DNA from: Octopus sinensis
Taxonomy: Eukaryota
Reading direction: 5' to 3'
DNA: 64,000 bases
NCBI RefSeq assembly: GCF_006345805.1
Contig: NC_043018.1
Location: forward strand, 20,894,001-20,958,000
Under the pieces are notes generated by a model. It saw only the letters and a list, made by a program, of their open reading frames with translations, searched no databases and was not told where the DNA came from. Shown here in pieces: positions 62,656-64,000 of the stretch. Position 1 is the first letter of the stretch; every line of letters begins with the position of its first letter. The position numbers were made by a program, and so were the translations under genes.

Positions 62656-62835
62656 TTGTTGACGGAAGGTCTGTTGACATACGGCTATGTTACTAATGCA
62701 GAGAACGTGAACTTGGAAATAGCATTGCCAAAAGGTTTAACAGGAATCGTAAATGCTACGAACATATCTCCAGCCTACACAAGTTATCTGAAATCTCTTG
62801 TTGAAAATGACAACAAAAAACATTTTGCCCAACTG
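62656..62835 (+). CDS. PDCD11: RRP5/PDCD11 rRNA biogenesis protein, exon encoding part of the first S1 domain
   Basis: tttttcatttag|LLTEGLLTYGYVTNAENVNLEIALPKGLTGIVNATNISPAYTSYLKSLVENDNKKHFAQL|gtaaga; 180 nt, phase 0-0. Aligns with human [49 protein letters not shown]. Confidence 0.85.
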
Positions 62836-63060
62836 GTAAGATTTGCTTATATTTTACTTCTACAGATTGTTTTTGTTTTGTTTTCTTGTGTTTTTAGTTT
62901 TCCTCCGTTAATCCGTCACCACCCTCCACTTTGTTTCTTTTAGCGCCTATGGCTGTTTTTTTTTCATCTTTCTTTGTAAGTGTTTCTATTACTTCTTTTT
63001 GTCTCTTCAAATAAATTATACCAATTTTAAGAAACGGCATCCATTTTCTTTTTGGGGATA

Positions 63061-63437
63061 CTCTTTTACTTGTTTCAGTCATTTGACTGCGGCCATGCTG
63101 GAGCACCGCCTTTAATCGAGCAACTTGACCCCGGCACATTCTTTTGTAAGCCCAGTACTTATACTATCGGTCTCTTTTGCCGAACCGCTAAGTAACGGGG
63201 ACATAAACACACCAGCATCGGTTGTCAAGCAATGCTAAGGGGACAAACACACGCATATATATATATATACATATATACGACGGGCTTCGTTCAGTTTCCG
63301 TCTACCAAATCCACTCACAAGGCTTTGGTCGGCCCGAGGCTATAGTAGAAGACACTTGCCCAAGGTGCCATGCAGTGGGACTGAACCTGGAACCATGTAG
63401 TTGGTAAACAAGCTACTTACCACACAGCCACTCCTAC
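63061..63437 (-). mobile_element. SINE family A in a PDCD11 intron
   Basis: Reverse-complement match. Confidence 0.88.
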
Positions 63438-64000
63438 GGGATGGTCATAATTTTTCGCCAATTAACCACAAGCACTATATATTCGTTCTTCAGTTCAGCT
63501 TCTTTATTATTCTCACCAGTTGGTCCCGTGCCATCAAAAATGGCAGTTAATTGTAGTATTTTATATATAAATATGAAAGATGAATCAAATTAATACACTT
63601 GTCAATGTTCACACACACTCACATATTTCCCTTGTACACGCACACACATACACACATGTTCGCCATCCTTCACCCCTTCCTTCCTTATTCATCTATCACC
63701 CCTTCCTTCTTCATTCATATGTTGTGACAGAGAAAAACACAAGAGTATTATTATAGTAGATTTTAGTGTCCTTTGTCTGAAATCTTTCGTCACACATCCC
63801 TGTGACCTCTTCAGTAACTCTCCATCCCTAGTGTCTCCTCCTGTTCTGTTTAGTCCATTCTGTCTTTCTGTAGTGCATATTCTTATCTGCACAAGTATTT
63901 GCAACTGTGTGTGTGTGTGTGTCCATGTGTATATGCATGTCTATGTGCTTGCTATGTGTGTTTCCTTACTACACAGTCTGTTCCTGTGTCTTTAGGTTGT

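Noticed and set aside
1-64000. CRISPR array or prokaryotic system
   Set aside because: No regularly spaced direct repeats with unique spacers and no operon-like ORFs; the DNA is spliceosomal and eukaryotic throughout.

Overview
AT-rich, microsatellite- and SINE-saturated animal genomic DNA, most likely from an octopus (inferred from the repeat landscape and protein similarity, not proven). Four protein-coding loci are supported. (1) Seven 5' coding exons of GABA-B receptor subunit 1 (GABBR1), minus strand, 24708->1753, continuing past the left edge. (2) An intronless 288-aa ORF with a C-terminal CD225/dispanin-like membrane segment, minus strand, 37615->36749. (3) A complete 60-aa two-exon ATP5MK/USMG5/DAPIT gene, minus strand, 52368->52070. 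(4) One exon of PDCD11/RRP5 (first S1 domain), plus strand, 62656-62835; it is divergent from ATP5MK, the same head-to-head pair as in human. The rest is at least five short interspersed repeat families, Helitron-like elements, piggyBac-, mariner- and Merlin-like MITEs, and RTE, CR1 and R4/Dong LINE remnants. The most notable finding is two copies of a short repeat that each fold into a type I hammerhead ribozyme with an intact core and a palindromic stem III. One copy lies in the sense strand of GABBR1 intron 4, 134 nt upstream of exon 5. Several decayed hammerhead-like motifs occur in other Penelope-like repeats. All identities and folds were read by eye; nothing was computed or searched.
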